Below, piece after piece: positions 1 through 14,155 of a DNA stretch of 64,000 nt. This stretch comes from Octopus vulgaris (Eukaryota). The notes beneath the pieces are model-generated. The model had not been told where the DNA came from. It made no database searches and saw only the letters and a program-made list of their open reading frames with translations. The position numbers were made by a program, and so were the translations under genes. Position 1 is the stretch's first letter, and each line of letters starts with the position of its first letter. The stretch is taken from positions 19,282,001 through 19,346,000 of the forward strand of contig OX597824.1 in assembly GCA_951406725.2 (NCBI GenBank), given 5' to 3'.

Positions 1-169
1 GTGCATTCAAAACAATGGTAACCATATAGAGCCTGTTAAATAATAGAAAAACTGTTCTTATAAACTGTTTCTTATAAAAAGATAAATTGTTCCTATGTAT
101 GGCGACTTTTGAATGACTTCAGTGGTGTAGCTCCGATGCTTTGCTGGAGAATAAGCTCCCATCCAGCCA

Positions 170-414
170 GCCAGCCATCTTATATATCCACTATTATCGG
201 GATGACCGTGTGAGTGGAGTCCTCATACACAACCTACTCGGGCCCCATTAGAAGCTAGCGCCCTTAGACTTTTCCATGCGCGACCAACTGAGATTATGGA
301 TGTTCTCTAGCCATCTCAGTCTTGGTCCACTCCTAAGTCTGCTACCAGTTCGCTTGGCTCGAAGAACCCATCTTGAGGTTCTTTCCTGCGATATTCTAAT
401 CACATGTCCGTAAT
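170..414 (-). mobile_element. RTE-clade LINE 3' fragment
   Basis: Minus-strand translation YYGHVIRISQERTSRWVLRAKRTGSRLRSGPRLRWLENI resembles the RTE ORF C-terminus (GHVxR...GxRxRGRPRxRW); interrupted at ~414 by SINE A. Confidence 0.7.
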
Positions 415-590
415 ACCTATTTCTTTATTACCCACAAGGAGCTAAACACAGAGAGGACAAACAAGGACAGACATAGGTATTAAGACGATTACATCGACCC
501 CAGTGCGTAACTAGTACTTATTTAATCGACCCCGAAAGGATGAAAGGCAAAGTCGACCTCGGCGGAATTTGAACTCAGAACGTAACGGCA
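414..590 (-). mobile_element. SINE family A (MetaSINE-like), body plus tail, head missing
   Basis: Matches the other family A copies in the window (GTCGACTTTGCCTTTCATCCTTTCGGGGTCGAT domain, reverse complemented). Confidence 0.85.
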
Positions 591-595
591 TACCG

Positions 596-1200
596 AAGCT
601 GTGACCACCCAACACGAAGAAATAGCTGTTAGACCTGGAGCGACTCGCTGATCTCCGTGCTACGAATCCTGACGAGTAACTAAAAGAATTACAGTTAATT
701 ATTGAAACCGTGACGTTAACTTCTCCACTACATCGTCCGTACTGAATCAATGCCTGTCTATTTATCTTATTAATGCTTGTAGTTCTTCAGGGCCATTGGT
801 GGTCTGGTTCATAAAGTCATGAAACACCTGGGACGGTGTTTAGCGTCACGTCGTTATCATTAAACATAGACACTGATTTTGACACCTGATTTTGAAATAA
901 ACCAAACGTTGCTAATAGCAAACCAGTTACTATATAGTGACGTAGATAGTGGGAGCATAGTACAAGCCATTGCTCCAAACGTTGTATATGACTTTAGGGA
1001 ATTGAAACTGGTAATGGAAACTGCCCCATATATCACTGGCATTCCATTCCATTCTTGCCCATAGAGACATAATAATCTCAAAGACAATAGCCACAGCAAC
1101 ATTCCGTACATAGGAAGAAAGCTTTGAGCGATAAAAAATATTCTTCCAAGAAACTAATCAGACCGAAAAACCACACCAATTCCCAATGGATTCTGTCCAT
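596..1200 (+). mobile_element. Possible highly decayed Penelope-like RT thumb/linker fragment
   Basis: Broken frames give PNTKK...NPDE*LKELQLIIETVTL and later NIPYIG...IKNIL, reminiscent of PLE HHP...LxxELxxI and IPYI motifs; many stops. Confidence 0.3.
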
Positions 1201-1277
1201 AATCGAATCACAATCAGTGAACACTTCACTTAGTTTATGATTTCTTCTCTATCCATTTAAAACACAATTATAGATGC

Positions 1278-1534
1278 GTGTATATATATGTGTGTGTGTA
1301 TGTATGCGTGTATGTGTGTATGTATGTATGTGTGTATGTGTGTATGTGTGTATGTATGAGAGTCCGTATGTGGCAAATGACTGTGGACATGTGTGTGTGT
1401 GTGTATGCGTACGAGTGTTTACGTCTGTGGTGACCATGTGTTAGTGTACAGCTGTGTAAGCTTCTCTGTGTGTATGTTTGTGCGTGCGTGTGAGTGTATG
1501 CGTGTGTTTGTGTGTGTATGTGTGTGTGTGTATC

Positions 1535-1566
<32 letters not shown>

Positions 1567-1747
1567 CAGAAAAAAGTTACAAAATCACCCAAAAAAAATC
1601 ACCTGACTTTAATGGTTCGTGAATGTATCGATGTTAGAAATTAGTGCTATATAATGTGTTTGCGTTCGAGTGTGTGTATATGTGTGTGTGTGTATGATTG
1701 TATACACACATATATAAATACAATTGCCTTTCACTCTACATTTACGC

Positions 1748-1798
<51 letters not shown>

Positions 1799-2061
1799 TA
1801 AAATATGTATAAATATATGCATAGATGTATGTATATGTGTATATCTATGTGAGCATGTCTGCGTGCGTGCGTGCGTGCGTGTGTGTGTGTGTGTGTATGT
1901 GTGTATGTGTGTGTGTGCGTGTGTAGCTGTCCTGTTGCTGGTTGTCTTAACAGAGATCGAACCATGAAAGACGAGGTGAAGCGTGAAAGAGATCAAAAGA
2001 ACGAATGAGTGGTCAATAGAGAGATGGTTAAGGAGAACGCTACGCACACACACACACCACT

Positions 2062-2112
<51 letters not shown>

Positions 2113-2229
2113 CACCGTGTATGTATCTGTGTATGTATGAATGTATGTACGCATATACATATCTACTAATATGCACATATACATTCATATACGCATATCT
2201 CCAACGCATATACACGCACACAAAATACA

Positions 2230-2264
<35 letters not shown>

Positions 2265-2285
2265 TCACGCGCGCGCGCGCACAAC
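1278..2285. repeat. Compound (TG)n/(TA)n/(CA)n microsatellites
   Basis: Seen directly. Confidence 0.95.
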
Positions 2286-3248
2286 ACATCTCCTTAAAGA
2301 ATACATCAGAACTGGCTGACCATGAGATCTAGAAAGAGGAATAAAAATATAAATATGAATATATATATATATATTAAAAAGGAAACAAACATAGAATACA
2401 GAAAAAAAAAAACATTTAAGTAACAACAATGATGATGATGATGATGATGATGATAAATGCTCAAAAAAAAAATCTGGAAAAAAATATCAATGAAGACAAA
2501 CGAACACAACAACAACAAACACACACAAAAAACACAAACACAAACATGAAGAAAAAAACAATGAAAACAAACAAAAGAAAAAACAAAATGGCAACGCATC
2601 TGATATATAAAGTACTCGGACTTGAGGAAGGGAGAACTGGGGAGTGTGTGCGGTGGGGGGGGGGGGGTTTCGGGGTGACGGTGGGGGGGTGGGGGGAACG
2701 GGCAGGGGTTCTTTCGCAAATTACTGACCAAACCACAACCAACAACAACAACAACAATAACGACGACGATGATGATGATGATGATGATGATGATGAAAAT
2801 GGCGGCTGATGACGACGACGACGGTGATAAATAAGACGAGCGGAGATGATTACAGCTTGATATCTCTGGCTGACTATTGTGGATTTAGTGCAAAGCAACG
2901 GACAGTGCCGCCATTATTTCTGACTGATTGCTTATATTAAGTTATTCAACTAAAACGACTGACCCCGTTCTCAGTATAGTAGTGCCTTTCTTATGTTGTC
3001 GTTGTTGGTGTTGTTGTTGTTGTTGGTGGTGGTGGTGATGGTGGTGGTGTTGTTGTTGTTATAGCATTTTAATCATTCATTTATATGTGTGTGTGTGTGT
3101 GTGTGTCGTGTGTGTGTGTGTGTGTGTGTGTGGTTGTCTGTAATCTTCTATAGTTATCTTCTAATAATTTGTTTTTTTTTGTGTGTGTGTGTGTTTTCTT
3201 GCACTATTTGTTTCTTTGTTGTTGTCGGTTGTTTGTATGTGTGTGTGT

Positions 3249-3279
<31 letters not shown>

Positions 3280-3450
3280 TGTATGTGTGTGTCTGTGTGT
3301 CTAAGGGTGCATATGGTGATGGCAGGGTTGTCGTTTCTACTAAAAATGAATTTAAAATGTGGAAGTCTTATGTACCACATTTATATATACATCTTATGTA
3401 TACACACATACATTATATATATATATGTGTGTGTGTACATATGTTTATAT

Positions 3451-3832
3451 GGAGGCGCAATTGCCCAGTGGTTAGGACATCGGACTCGCAGTTATAGGAT
3501 CGCGGTTTCGATTCCCAGACCGGGCGTTGTGAGTGTTTATTGAGCGAAAACACCTAAAGTTCCACGAGGCTCCGGCAGGGGATGGTGGTGATCCCTGCTG
3601 TACTCTTTCACCACAACTTTCTTTCACTCTTACTTACTGTTTCTGTTGTACCTGTATTTCAAAGAGCCGGCCTTGTCACTCTCTGTGTCACGCTGAATAT
3701 CCCCGAGAACTACGTTAAGGGTATACGTGTCTGTGGAGTGCTCAGCCACTTACACGTTAATTTCACGAGCAGGCTGTTCCGTTGATTCGGATCAACCGGA
3801 ACCCTCATCGTCGTAACCGACGGAGTGCTTCC
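3451..3832 (+). mobile_element. SINE family B, tRNA(Arg)-like head, full length
   Basis: A box TGCCCAGTGG, GACTCGC anticodon-like loop, B box TTTCGATTCC; TSD ATGTTTATAT at 3441-3450 and 3833-3842; near-identical copies at 36165 and 54223. Confidence 0.9.
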
Positions 3833-3863
3833 ATGTTTATATATATATATACACACACAAATA

Positions 3864-3906
<43 letters not shown>

Positions 3907-4088
3907 ATGCTGGAGCACCGCCGTGAAGAATCGACATCATTATTATTTTGTTTTAATGTCTGGTATTTATTCTATCGATTTGTTTTTTTTTACCGAACCC
4001 CTAGATTAAAGGAACATAAACACACCAACGCCGGTTGTCAAACTGCGAAAGGGAAACAAACACAGACACAAAGACACACTCACATATA

Positions 4089-4248
4089 GGGAGAATTCAC
4101 GAAAAAACAACAAAAGACGAAGACAGGTGGTGTAGACAACAAAATGATGTATTAGTTTAACGCTCGGGAAGTGAAAAAGTCTTTAACCGTTCGAGCCTAC
4201 GCTCTTCCTCAGAAAGGAACACAGAAAGAAACAGGGAGAGAAAATAAA

Positions 4249-4250
<2 letters not shown>
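4089..4250 (-). mobile_element. Penelope-like terminal-repeat fragment, family E, with minimal hammerhead motif (4181-4216)
   Basis: Five homologous copies in the window, all next to TA-rich microsatellite; CTTT-CTGAGGA-A-GAGC-gtag-GCTC-GAAC-GGTT-AAAG on the minus strand. Confidence 0.65.
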
Positions 4251-4299
<49 letters not shown>

Positions 4300-4300
<1 letters not shown>

Positions 4301-4435
4301 GATGGGCTTCTATCAGTTTCCGTCTGCCAAATCCACTCACAAGGCTTTGGTAGGTCCGAGGCCATAAAGGAAGACACTCGCCCAAGGTGCCACGCAGTGG
4401 GGATGAACCCGGAACCATGTTGTTGGGAAGCAAGA
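4300..4435 (-). mobile_element. SINE family C head fragment
   Basis: Homologous to the full copies (CCCAAGGTGCCACGCAGTGGG...GAACCCGGAACCATG). Confidence 0.85.
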
Positions 4436-4580
4436 TTCCAAGATTCTTGCCAAACAGCTATATATATTATTTTTTCTTGTGTCAGTCACTGGACCACGGT
4501 CATGCTGGGGGGCAAAAATCGCCCCCATGACTTATATTTTTAATAAGCCAGATACTTATGGTGTCGTTCTGTTTTGCCAA

Positions 4581-4815
4581 GCCGCTAAGTTACAGAGACG
4601 TAATCAAACCAACACAGGTTGTTAAATGAGGGTGAGAGAGAAACACGCGCACACACAGGGCTCCAGCATGGCCGCAACCCAAAAAATCAAATAAGTCAAG
4701 TCAAAGTTTTAAAACCAGGAGAAACTATGATGGAGTTACAGTAGACATTTGCCGCTAAGTTACGGAGACGTAATCAAAGCAACACCGGTTGTTAAATACT
4801 GGTGAAGGAGAAACA

Positions 4816-4854
<39 letters not shown>

Positions 4855-5169
4855 ACACACACACACATACACACACACATACACACACACAGGGCTCCAG
4901 CATGGCTTTAGCCCAATAACTCCAACAAGTTAAGTCGAAGTTAAAAAAAAAAATAGAAATTATGATGGCGTTTTAGCAGACATTTGCCATTAAGTTACGG
5001 AGACGTAATCAAAGCAACACCGGTTGTTACATGGTGGTGAAGGAGAAATACACACACACACACACACACACACAGAGCTTCAGCTTGGCCGCAGCCCAAA
5101 AACTTCAACAAGTCAAGTCGAAGTTTTAAAAAATAGGAGAAATTATGATGGAGTTATAGTAGACATTTG
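4581..5169. repeat. Three tandem copies of a rearranged SINE C-derived unit with variable (CA)n
   Basis: Units start near 4581, 4751 and 4986 (GCCRYTAAGTTACRGAGACGTAATCAAA...AGACATTT). Confidence 0.85.
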
Positions 5170-5412
5170 TCCCACGCGCCGTGCGTAGAACTGAACCTGA
5201 AACCACGTATTCGCAAAACGAACTTCTTAACCACACATCAGAAAATGGCGTGGAAAAAAAAAACATCATTTGTGTGCTTCGATCGACTGACGCTACCATT
5301 AATCATACAGTTGCACTGACCTCTATGACAAAGTGAAAGTACACTCTTTGACCATCTAAATTACTAAGTAGCAACGATGACATACAAGTGAGCGATCCAT
5401 GGAGATCTCAAG

Positions 5413-5634
5413 CTTCTCTTCTCTTTAGTTTCTGCTCAGAGCTGTGGCCATGCTGGGGCACCACCGTTTTGCTACACTTTTATAACTGAGAGCCTCTTCT
5501 AATATGTGGCACTTGGTGAAGAATGGAGTTTGATGTCGCTACCCTCATTTGCACCTCTTGCCGTGATGTAGGTTCGTCTGGAACTTTCGAAAGGAAGAGG
5601 TCCAGTTTTGGTTTGAAATCACCTACATCCACTT
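5413..5634 (-). mobile_element. CR1/Jockey-group LINE 3' end
   Basis: KVDVGDFKPKLDLFLSKVPDEP...ATSNSILHQ (FKxKLDxFL motif), stop, short 3' UTR and GAGAA-type tail. Confidence 0.7.
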
Positions 5635-5640
5635 TGTTGT

Positions 5641-5931
5641 TATTTGTTCCTTCTCGTGCCACGCCTGGCTCATAAGGGCCGGTTTCCCGGTTTCCTTGGC
5701 ATATAGATTCCCCACCGGTCCGTCGCAGGTGAGTTGCAAGATGCAGGAGGAAAGAGTGAGAGAAAGTCGTGGCGAAAGAGTCAGCAGAAGTTCGCCCATT
5801 ACTTTCTGCCGGAGCCGCGTGGTGCTTAGGTGTTTCGCTCATAAACACACACACATCATCCGGTCTGAGATTCGAACCCGCGATCCCTCGATCACGAGTC
5901 CGCTGCTCTAACCACTACGCCATGTGCCTCC
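5641..5931 (-). mobile_element. SINE family B2 (B head, different 3' half)
   Basis: Homologous to 28814-29114; tRNA-like A/B boxes. Confidence 0.85.
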
Positions 5932-5949
5932 ACACATCCACTTTGACTA

Positions 5950-6324
5950 GCTGCAGAAGGGAAAGCGCTCACAAGGCGGCCTGAAGAAGCGCTTTAAGGA
6001 CACCCTCAAAGCCTCACTGAAAGCCTTCAACATCGACCATGACACTTGGGAGCAGTCTGCTCTAGACAGAGAAGGGTGGCGATCAGCTGTCCACAAGGGG
6101 GTCAACATATGCGAGACCAATAGGATCGCTGCTGCAGAAGACCCAGACAAGCCAGGAAGAACAGAGCTAACAACCCTGTAGCGGGTGCTACCATTCCCTG
6201 TCCACACTCTCAAAGATATTTTCGGGAGCAGATTGGCCTCACTAGCCATCTGTGGACTCACAAAATAAGCCCACCCCCACCCCAGGATGACTAGATGGTC
6301 TTCGTCGCGTCGATGGACAAACTA
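5950..6324 (+). mobile_element. RTE-clade LINE 3' fragment, copy 1
   Basis: LQKGKRSQGGLKKRFKDTLKASLKAFNIDHDTWEQSALDREGWRSAVHKG, then the 3' end and (ATGT)n. Confidence 0.85.
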
Positions 6325-6325
6325 C

Positions 6326-6544
6326 ATGTATGTGTGAATGTATATCTGTATGTATGTATGTATGTATGTATGTATGTATGTATGTATGTATGTATGTATG
6401 TATGTATGTATGTATGTATGTATGTGTGTGTGTATGTATGTATGTATGTATGTATGTATGTATGTATGTATGTATGTATGTATGTATGTATGTATGTGTG
6501 TATATATGTATGTATGTATGTATGTATATATGTATGTATGTATA
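6326..6544. repeat. (TATG)n
   Basis: Seen directly. Confidence 0.95.
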
Positions 6545-7113
6545 CCAGGAAGCTGAACCACTTTCATACAATACGTCTCAGAACACTTATCGGCGTAAAC
6601 TGGCAGGACAGGATCCCGGACACCGAGGTATTAATACGTGCTAACCTGCCCAGCATCCATACCATCTTGATGCAGTCTCAGCTTCGCTGGACAGGGCCCG
6701 TAGCTCGCATGTCAGACGATCGATTACCAAAAGATTGCTCTTTGGCGAGCTGCAAAAGGGAAAGCGCTCACAAGGCGGCCAGAAGAAGTGCTTTAAGGAC
6801 ACCCTCAAAGCCTCACTGAAAGCCTTCAACATCGACCATGACACTTGGGACCAGTCTGCTCTAGACAGATAAGGGTGGCGATCAGCTGTCCACAAGGGTG
6901 CCAACACATGCGAGACCAATAGGATCGCTGCTGCAGACAAGCCAGGAAGAACAGAGCTAACAGCCATGTATCGGGCGCTACCATTCCCTGTCCACACTGT
7001 CAAAGACTCTTTCGGGAGCAGATTGGCCTCACTAGCCATCTGTGGACTCACAAAACAAGCCCACCCCCACCCCAGGATGACTAGATGGTCTTCGTCGCGT
7101 CGACGGACAAAAT
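6545..7113 (+). mobile_element. RTE-clade LINE 3' fragment, copy 2
   Basis: RKLNHFH...WQDRIPDTEVLIRANLPSIHTILMQSQLRWTGPVARMSDDRLPK, typical RTE; highly similar to 5950-6324. Confidence 0.9.
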
Positions 7114-7114
7114 A

Positions 7115-7848
7115 CATGTATGTGTGTATGTATGTATTTATGTATGTATGTATGTATGTATCAATGTATGTATGTAAGTATGTATGTATGTAAGTATGTA
7201 TGTATGTATGTATTATGTATGTATCAATGAATGTATGTATGCATGTATGTATCAATGTATGTATGTATGTATGTATCAATGTATGTATCTATGTATGTGT
7301 GTATGTATGTATGTATGTATGTATGTATGTATGTATGTATGTATGTATGTATGTATTATGTATGTATCAATGAATGTATGTATGCATGTATGTCTCAATG
7401 TATGTATGTATGTATGTATGTATGTATGTATGTATGTATGTATGTATGTATGTATGTATGTATGTATGTATGTATGTATGCATGTGTGTATGTATGTATG
7501 TATGTATGTATGTATCAATGTATGTATCTATGTATGTGTGTATGTATGTATGTATGTATGTATGTATGTATGTATGTATGTATGCATGTATGTATGTATA
7601 TATGTATGTATGTATGCATGTATGTATGTATGTATGTATGCATGTATGTATGTATGCATGTGTGTATGTATGTATGTATGTATGTATCAATGTATGTATC
7701 TATGTATGTATGTATGTATGTATGTATGTATGTATGTATGTATGTATGTATCAATGTATGTATGTATGTATGCATATATGTATGTATGTGTATATGTATG
7801 CATATATGTATGTATGTATCAATGTATGTATGTATGTATGTATGTATG
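7115..7848. repeat. (TATG)n with higher-order variants
   Basis: Seen directly. Confidence 0.95.
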
Positions 7849-7858
7849 AACAACATTA

Positions 7859-8260
7859 TTCTCTTTTACTTGTTTCAATCATTTGACTGTGGCCATGCTG
7901 GAGCACCGCCTTTAGTCGAGCAAATCGATCCCAGGACTTACTCCCTGCAAGCCCAGCGCCTACTCTATCGGTCTCTTTGCCGAACCGCCAAGCCACGGGG
8001 ACGCAAACACACCAGCACCGGCTGGCAATTGATGTTGGGAGGGGACAAACACAAACACACAAATATATACACACATACACACATATATATATCTGCATAT
8101 ATACGACGGGCCTCACTCAGCTTCCGTCCACCAAATCCACTCACAAGGCCTTGGTCGGCTTTAGTAGAAGACACTTGCCCAAGGTGCCACACAGTGGGAC
8201 TGAATCCGGAACCATGTGGTTGGTAAGCAAGCCACCTACCACACAGTCACTCCTACGCCT
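7859..8260 (-). mobile_element. SINE family C (tRNA head, CORE-like CCTTGGGCAAGT, internal microsatellite), full length
   Basis: Collinear with the copies at 9088, 12871, 21321, 22516, 41281 and 63243. Confidence 0.9.
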
Positions 8261-8949
8261 ATATTCGTAATATTCGTAAAATATTTCGAAATAATATATA
8301 TTATGAAGTAAACAGATACGAAGACAATCACGGTGTTTATGATTCATATGTCTCTCTGTCGCTGGTGGCGGGAAATATATTTTAAGAGCCTCCGAATGGC
8401 TTTTCGTGACAAATCACTCTTAAGTGACGTACAATTAAAAACATTCATTCGCTCCACATGAGTATTCCGACCTGAATAATGATAATAATTAGCCTGAAGA
8501 TAATTATGGGAGTAAACGAAGGTTCAATTAACAATGAATGAATGAACTAATTAAACAATTAATTACTTAATTAATAGATAATTTAGATAATTTATATCGC
8601 CATCTATGCAAACTGCAATGACATGTTAGATTATAAATGGCTCAATATAAAGCTGGTTAGCTATCACGCTAGACAATTTCGTGAACGATTAGCATTGAAC
8701 TTTCGCAAGCATAAAAGACAAAAGAAAAGAAAAAAGAAAAATCATCGGTGTTAAGATTCCAATGAGCTTCAACATTTGGTCAAAGGTTCGAGTGAGGTGT
8801 GTGTGTGACAGACGGATGAGAGAACCAAGAGATCCAAATATTTACTGGATCTCCGATTTTCGGATGGCTATGGCAAAATATTTCACATTTTGAGCTTAAA
8901 ACAATAAGACATATAGCATTCATATGAGTCATGCTCTGTGTGTGTGTGT

Positions 8950-9004
<55 letters not shown>

Positions 9005-9014
9005 TGTGTGTGTG

Positions 9015-9056
<42 letters not shown>

Positions 9057-9087
9057 AGAACAAAGTGTACGTACGCCGCTATATATA

Positions 9088-9482
9088 TCTCTTTTTACTC
9101 TTTTACTTGTTTCAGTCATTTGACTGCGGCCAAGCTGGAGCACCACCTTTAGTCGAGCAAATAGACCCCGGGACTTATTCTTTGTAAGCCCAGTACTTAT
9201 TCTATCGGTCTCTTTTGCCGAACCGCTAAGTGACGGAGACGTAAACACACCAGCATCGGTTGTCAAGCAATGCTAGGGGGACAAACACAGACACACGAAC
9301 ACACACATACATATATACATATATATACATATATACGACAGGCTTTTTTCAGTTACCGTCTACCAAATCCACTCACGGGGTTATAGCAGAAGACACTTGC
9401 CCAAGATTCCACGCAGTGGGACTGAACCCCGAACCATGTGGTTGGTTAGCAAGCTACTTACCACACATCCACTCCTGCGCCT
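9088..9482 (-). mobile_element. SINE family C
   Basis: Full-length homology to the other copies. Confidence 0.9.
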
Positions 9483-9821
9483 ATATATATATATATATAT
9501 ATATATAATAAAATACAAAATGGGACAAGAACGCAAAACATCCGGACAACTAGGTGATACAAAAGGGACAACAAAACATCCAGATAGACGATACAAAAAA
9601 CAAGAGGATGATCCAGTTCTTGACTGAAGATAAAAGGCTTCGAATGGACCGCTAAGTTACGGGAACATAAACACAGCAGCATCGGTTGTTAAGCGACGTT
9701 GGGGGCACTAACACAGACACAGAAAGTAAAAAAGCAGAGGTGCGTTGCGCTTCATTGCTGCATTTCAAAAGTTAGACAGGGAAGGGGTCTATTTTTCTCT
9801 TCTCTGTCTAACTTTTAAAAT

Positions 9822-10347
<526 letters not shown>

Positions 10348-10864
10348 AGATACACGCATTTTAAACAGTTAGTAGAAATTTCTTCCCAAATCCCACAATC
10401 GGCTAAAAGCCAGCTGCACGAAAACCTGAGTTCGAAAATTATGCGATCTTTTATAACTTTACCTATGAAGAATATAACAGATGCCAAACCGTTCTTCCAC
10501 AACGGGATATTGGATTTCTTAGAGGTGGCGAGTTGGCACAATTGTTGAAACGTCGAACATGAAACTTAGCAGCATTTCTTCCTGCTCAAAGTTCACCGAG
10601 GTCGATTTTGTCTTTCGTCCTTTCACAGTACCAGTTAAGCACTGGGGACGATGTCATTGAATTTGCCCTCTTCAGAATTCCTGGCCTGGTGCCAAAATCG
10701 AAAACATAATACTACATAGCTTCTATGTTAATACCACAAAATAGCCCCCCCCCTCCACACACATACACACATAGACACACACACACATATACACACCACC
10801 ACAATCACACACGTACACAGATGCATGTACAGTGATATATATTCAACGTTGCTTCGTACGATCC

Positions 10865-10867
<3 letters not shown>

Positions 10868-10903
<36 letters not shown>

Positions 10904-10926
10904 CTCTACACATACATGCATGCATG

Positions 10927-10962
<36 letters not shown>

Positions 10963-11292
10963 CAGATATATATATACATACACATATACATACATACATG
11001 AATATGTTCGTGCATGCATACATAGATGAATACATGCATACATACATATATGCATGCATACGTACATATATGCATGTATGCATGCGTACATATATACATA
11101 CATACATACACACATACATACGTATATACGTATATACACACATATATACATACACACATACATACACACACACATGCATACATACATACACACACATACA
11201 TACACACATGCATACATACATACATACATACACATACATACATACATACATACATACATACATACATACATACATACATACATACATACATA
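10868..11292. repeat. Compound (TC)n/(TA)n/(CATA)n
   Basis: Seen directly. Confidence 0.95.
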
Positions 11293-11715
11293 CCACTGGC
11301 ACTCCGTTCGTTACGATGACGCCTCTTACATAGATATAGGGGAGTGAACAACTCTAAGGTGCTATGTTGGATACATTTCGTATTCGTCTGGTATGTTGAT
11401 TTTTTTGTTCATTCTGATTATGCCTGCACTGACGATTAAAAGGTGCATTTTGTGCACTAATTATGAAATCATATGAATCTGTTTTTAAGGAGCTCGCTTC
11501 TAGAGTTGCATTCCCTCGGGTTCGGTGCACTTTATTTATTATGGTAGTTTTGACTTTAAGAGTCCCTCATAGCGTGGGGCATTTATGTATAGTAATGCCT
11601 TTAATATAAATATATATATATATATATATATCTTGACTAGTAGATTACTTCATTTACTTCGCATATAACTTTGAGAAAGACATGAATGTCACACAACTCC
11701 GCAAAATGGTTTTCT

Positions 11716-11777
11716 CACATATATACATACATACATTTATATATAAATATATACATACATACATACATATATATATA

Positions 11778-11858
<81 letters not shown>

Positions 11859-11922
11859 ATGTATATATATATAGGTACATGTACATATATATATACATAG
11901 ACATACATATATATATATACAT

Positions 11923-11961
<39 letters not shown>

Positions 11962-11999
11962 CATACATAGACATAGACATATATATATACACATATATA

Positions 12000-12042
<43 letters not shown>
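11716..12042. repeat. Compound (TA)n/(TG)n/(CA)n
   Basis: Seen directly. Confidence 0.95.
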
Positions 12043-12232
12043 CAATTAAATCTCTCTCGGATCCACGTGCTACAGCTTTTTTTTTCTTTTCTTTTTAATA
12101 TGAACGGACATATTGGGCAATGTAATCTTAGGAAGCCAACGTCTGAAGCTATTTAAAAAAAAAATATGGGATGGTCGCAATTGGAGCGTCTTTGATGAGA
12201 CTAACGTGCAACTAGACAACGACGACAGTAGC

Positions 12233-12266
<34 letters not shown>

Positions 12267-12870
12267 ATATTAATAAACTAATAACGAATGAAAATCGATT
12301 GTTCTTAAAGCTTTTCTTCCTGCTCGGTCACTAATCCGTGAGAGTTGATATGAAAGGGAGATAAATCACATCAGTGACAAATCACGCTAGCCGGAGGCAT
12401 CAAAGCATAAGTGTTAGCCACTTGTGCGTAAACAGTAGCCATAATGTCGACCGCAATGAGCGTACTAAGGCACATTTCTCTCCGAATACAAAACATTCGT
12501 GTTGAGTATTGTTAAACGGACACTATATAAACTAATGTTTGCTATTGTCCAAACTAAAATACACTTCCATACTATAAACATAGTCACCATAAAGGGACTG
12601 GCGTTTGTTTATTCAGTGAATCTGTTCGCTTTCTTTGCTTGGCGGTGACGTTGAGGAGAATTAGATGCGAGTAAAAGAATTAACGATAGTAGAATGATTT
12701 CGTATTTAGTCGGGAGAATGTGGGGTCAGATCTTTTGAGAGAAAATAAGAATGTGTGACATTCGTGAATTATCACTGCAATATGTTGGTCTGGAACGATG
12801 TGAGTTGCCTCTGAAAGAGACTGGATTCCCCCAGGAGAGTATGTATGCATGTATGTATGTATGTATATAT

Positions 12871-13082
12871 ACTCTTTTACTCTTTTACTTGTTTCAGTAA
12901 TTTGACTGCGGCCATGCTGGAGCACCGCCTTTGTTCGAGCAAATCGACCCCGGGACTTATTCCTTGTAAGCCCAGTACTTATTCTATCGGTCTATTTTGC
13001 CGAACCGCTAAGTGACGTAAACACACCAGCATCGGTTGTCAAGCAATGCTAGGGGGGCAAACAAACACACACACACAAATAT

Positions 13083-13113
<31 letters not shown>

Positions 13114-13282
13114 CATATATACGACAGGCTTCTTTCAGTTTCCGTCTACCAAATCCACTCACAAGGCATCGGTCGGCCCGAGGCTATAGCAGAAGACACT
13201 TGCTCAAGATGCCACGCAGTGGGACTGAACCCGGAACCATATGGTTGGTTAGCAAGCTACTTACCACACAGCCACTCCTGTG

Positions 13283-13285
<3 letters not shown>
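12871..13285 (-). mobile_element. SINE family C
   Basis: Full-length homology to the other copies. Confidence 0.9.
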
Positions 13286-13319
<34 letters not shown>

Positions 13320-13321
<2 letters not shown>

Positions 13322-13800
13322 CGTTTTTGGATTTGGTTTGCAAGATTCTTTATATGAGTTCGTGTGTTAAAGCATATTCTGTTGTGTCTAGGGAGAGTCA
13401 TTTTCTTTTTGTGCCTTATAATGTAACACACTCACCGGTAAAATTTCCACTTATTTCATATTTTTTATTCTTCTAACATTTTCGTTGCGTCTTGCAACCT
13501 TTTCAATAGTCTTGACTCTGTCGTCCGTTATAAAGTTTGATAAAAGAATTGTATTACAATTGAAAAAGTAAAGCAAATTAAAAGATGAAAAGACATACGA
13601 ACAAGTATAAAAGGAACCGCATCAACAAAATAACCCCCAAAAGATCCAAAAAGATATTCTACATATGTTTCAATATAACAATATTTTAGAATATACTGAG
13701 GAACATTCTATCAATATATTTGGTTAAAGCCAGCTGGCATTAGGATTGTTTTTAACAATCCTTTACGCGGATATTGTTTCCTCAAGTTCTGTATATATAT
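13320..13800 (-). mobile_element. Penelope-like terminal-repeat fragment with decayed U3-A8 hammerhead (13473-13509)
   Basis: Abuts (TA)n; CTA-TTGAAAA-G-GTTGC-aagac-GCAAC-GAAA-ATGT-TAG on the minus strand; right boundary approximate. Confidence 0.45.
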
Positions 13801-13876
13801 GAAGGTAAAGTAATGGGAAGGTGTTCAAAACAATGCCCCAGCGTGGCCGTAATCTAATGACAGAAACATGTAAATG

Positions 13877-13923
<47 letters not shown>

Positions 13924-13942
13924 TTATATATATATAATCATT

Positions 13943-14008
<66 letters not shown>

Positions 14009-14085
14009 CATGTATATATATAATCATTTACATGTATATATATATATACATGTGTGTGTAATATATAATCTATGTGATATGATAC

Positions 14086-14155
<70 letters not shown>

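Noticed and set aside
860-1111. 83-aa ORF with a signal-peptide-like start
   Set aside because: Short, no recognisable family; the opposite strand looks more like decayed retroelement
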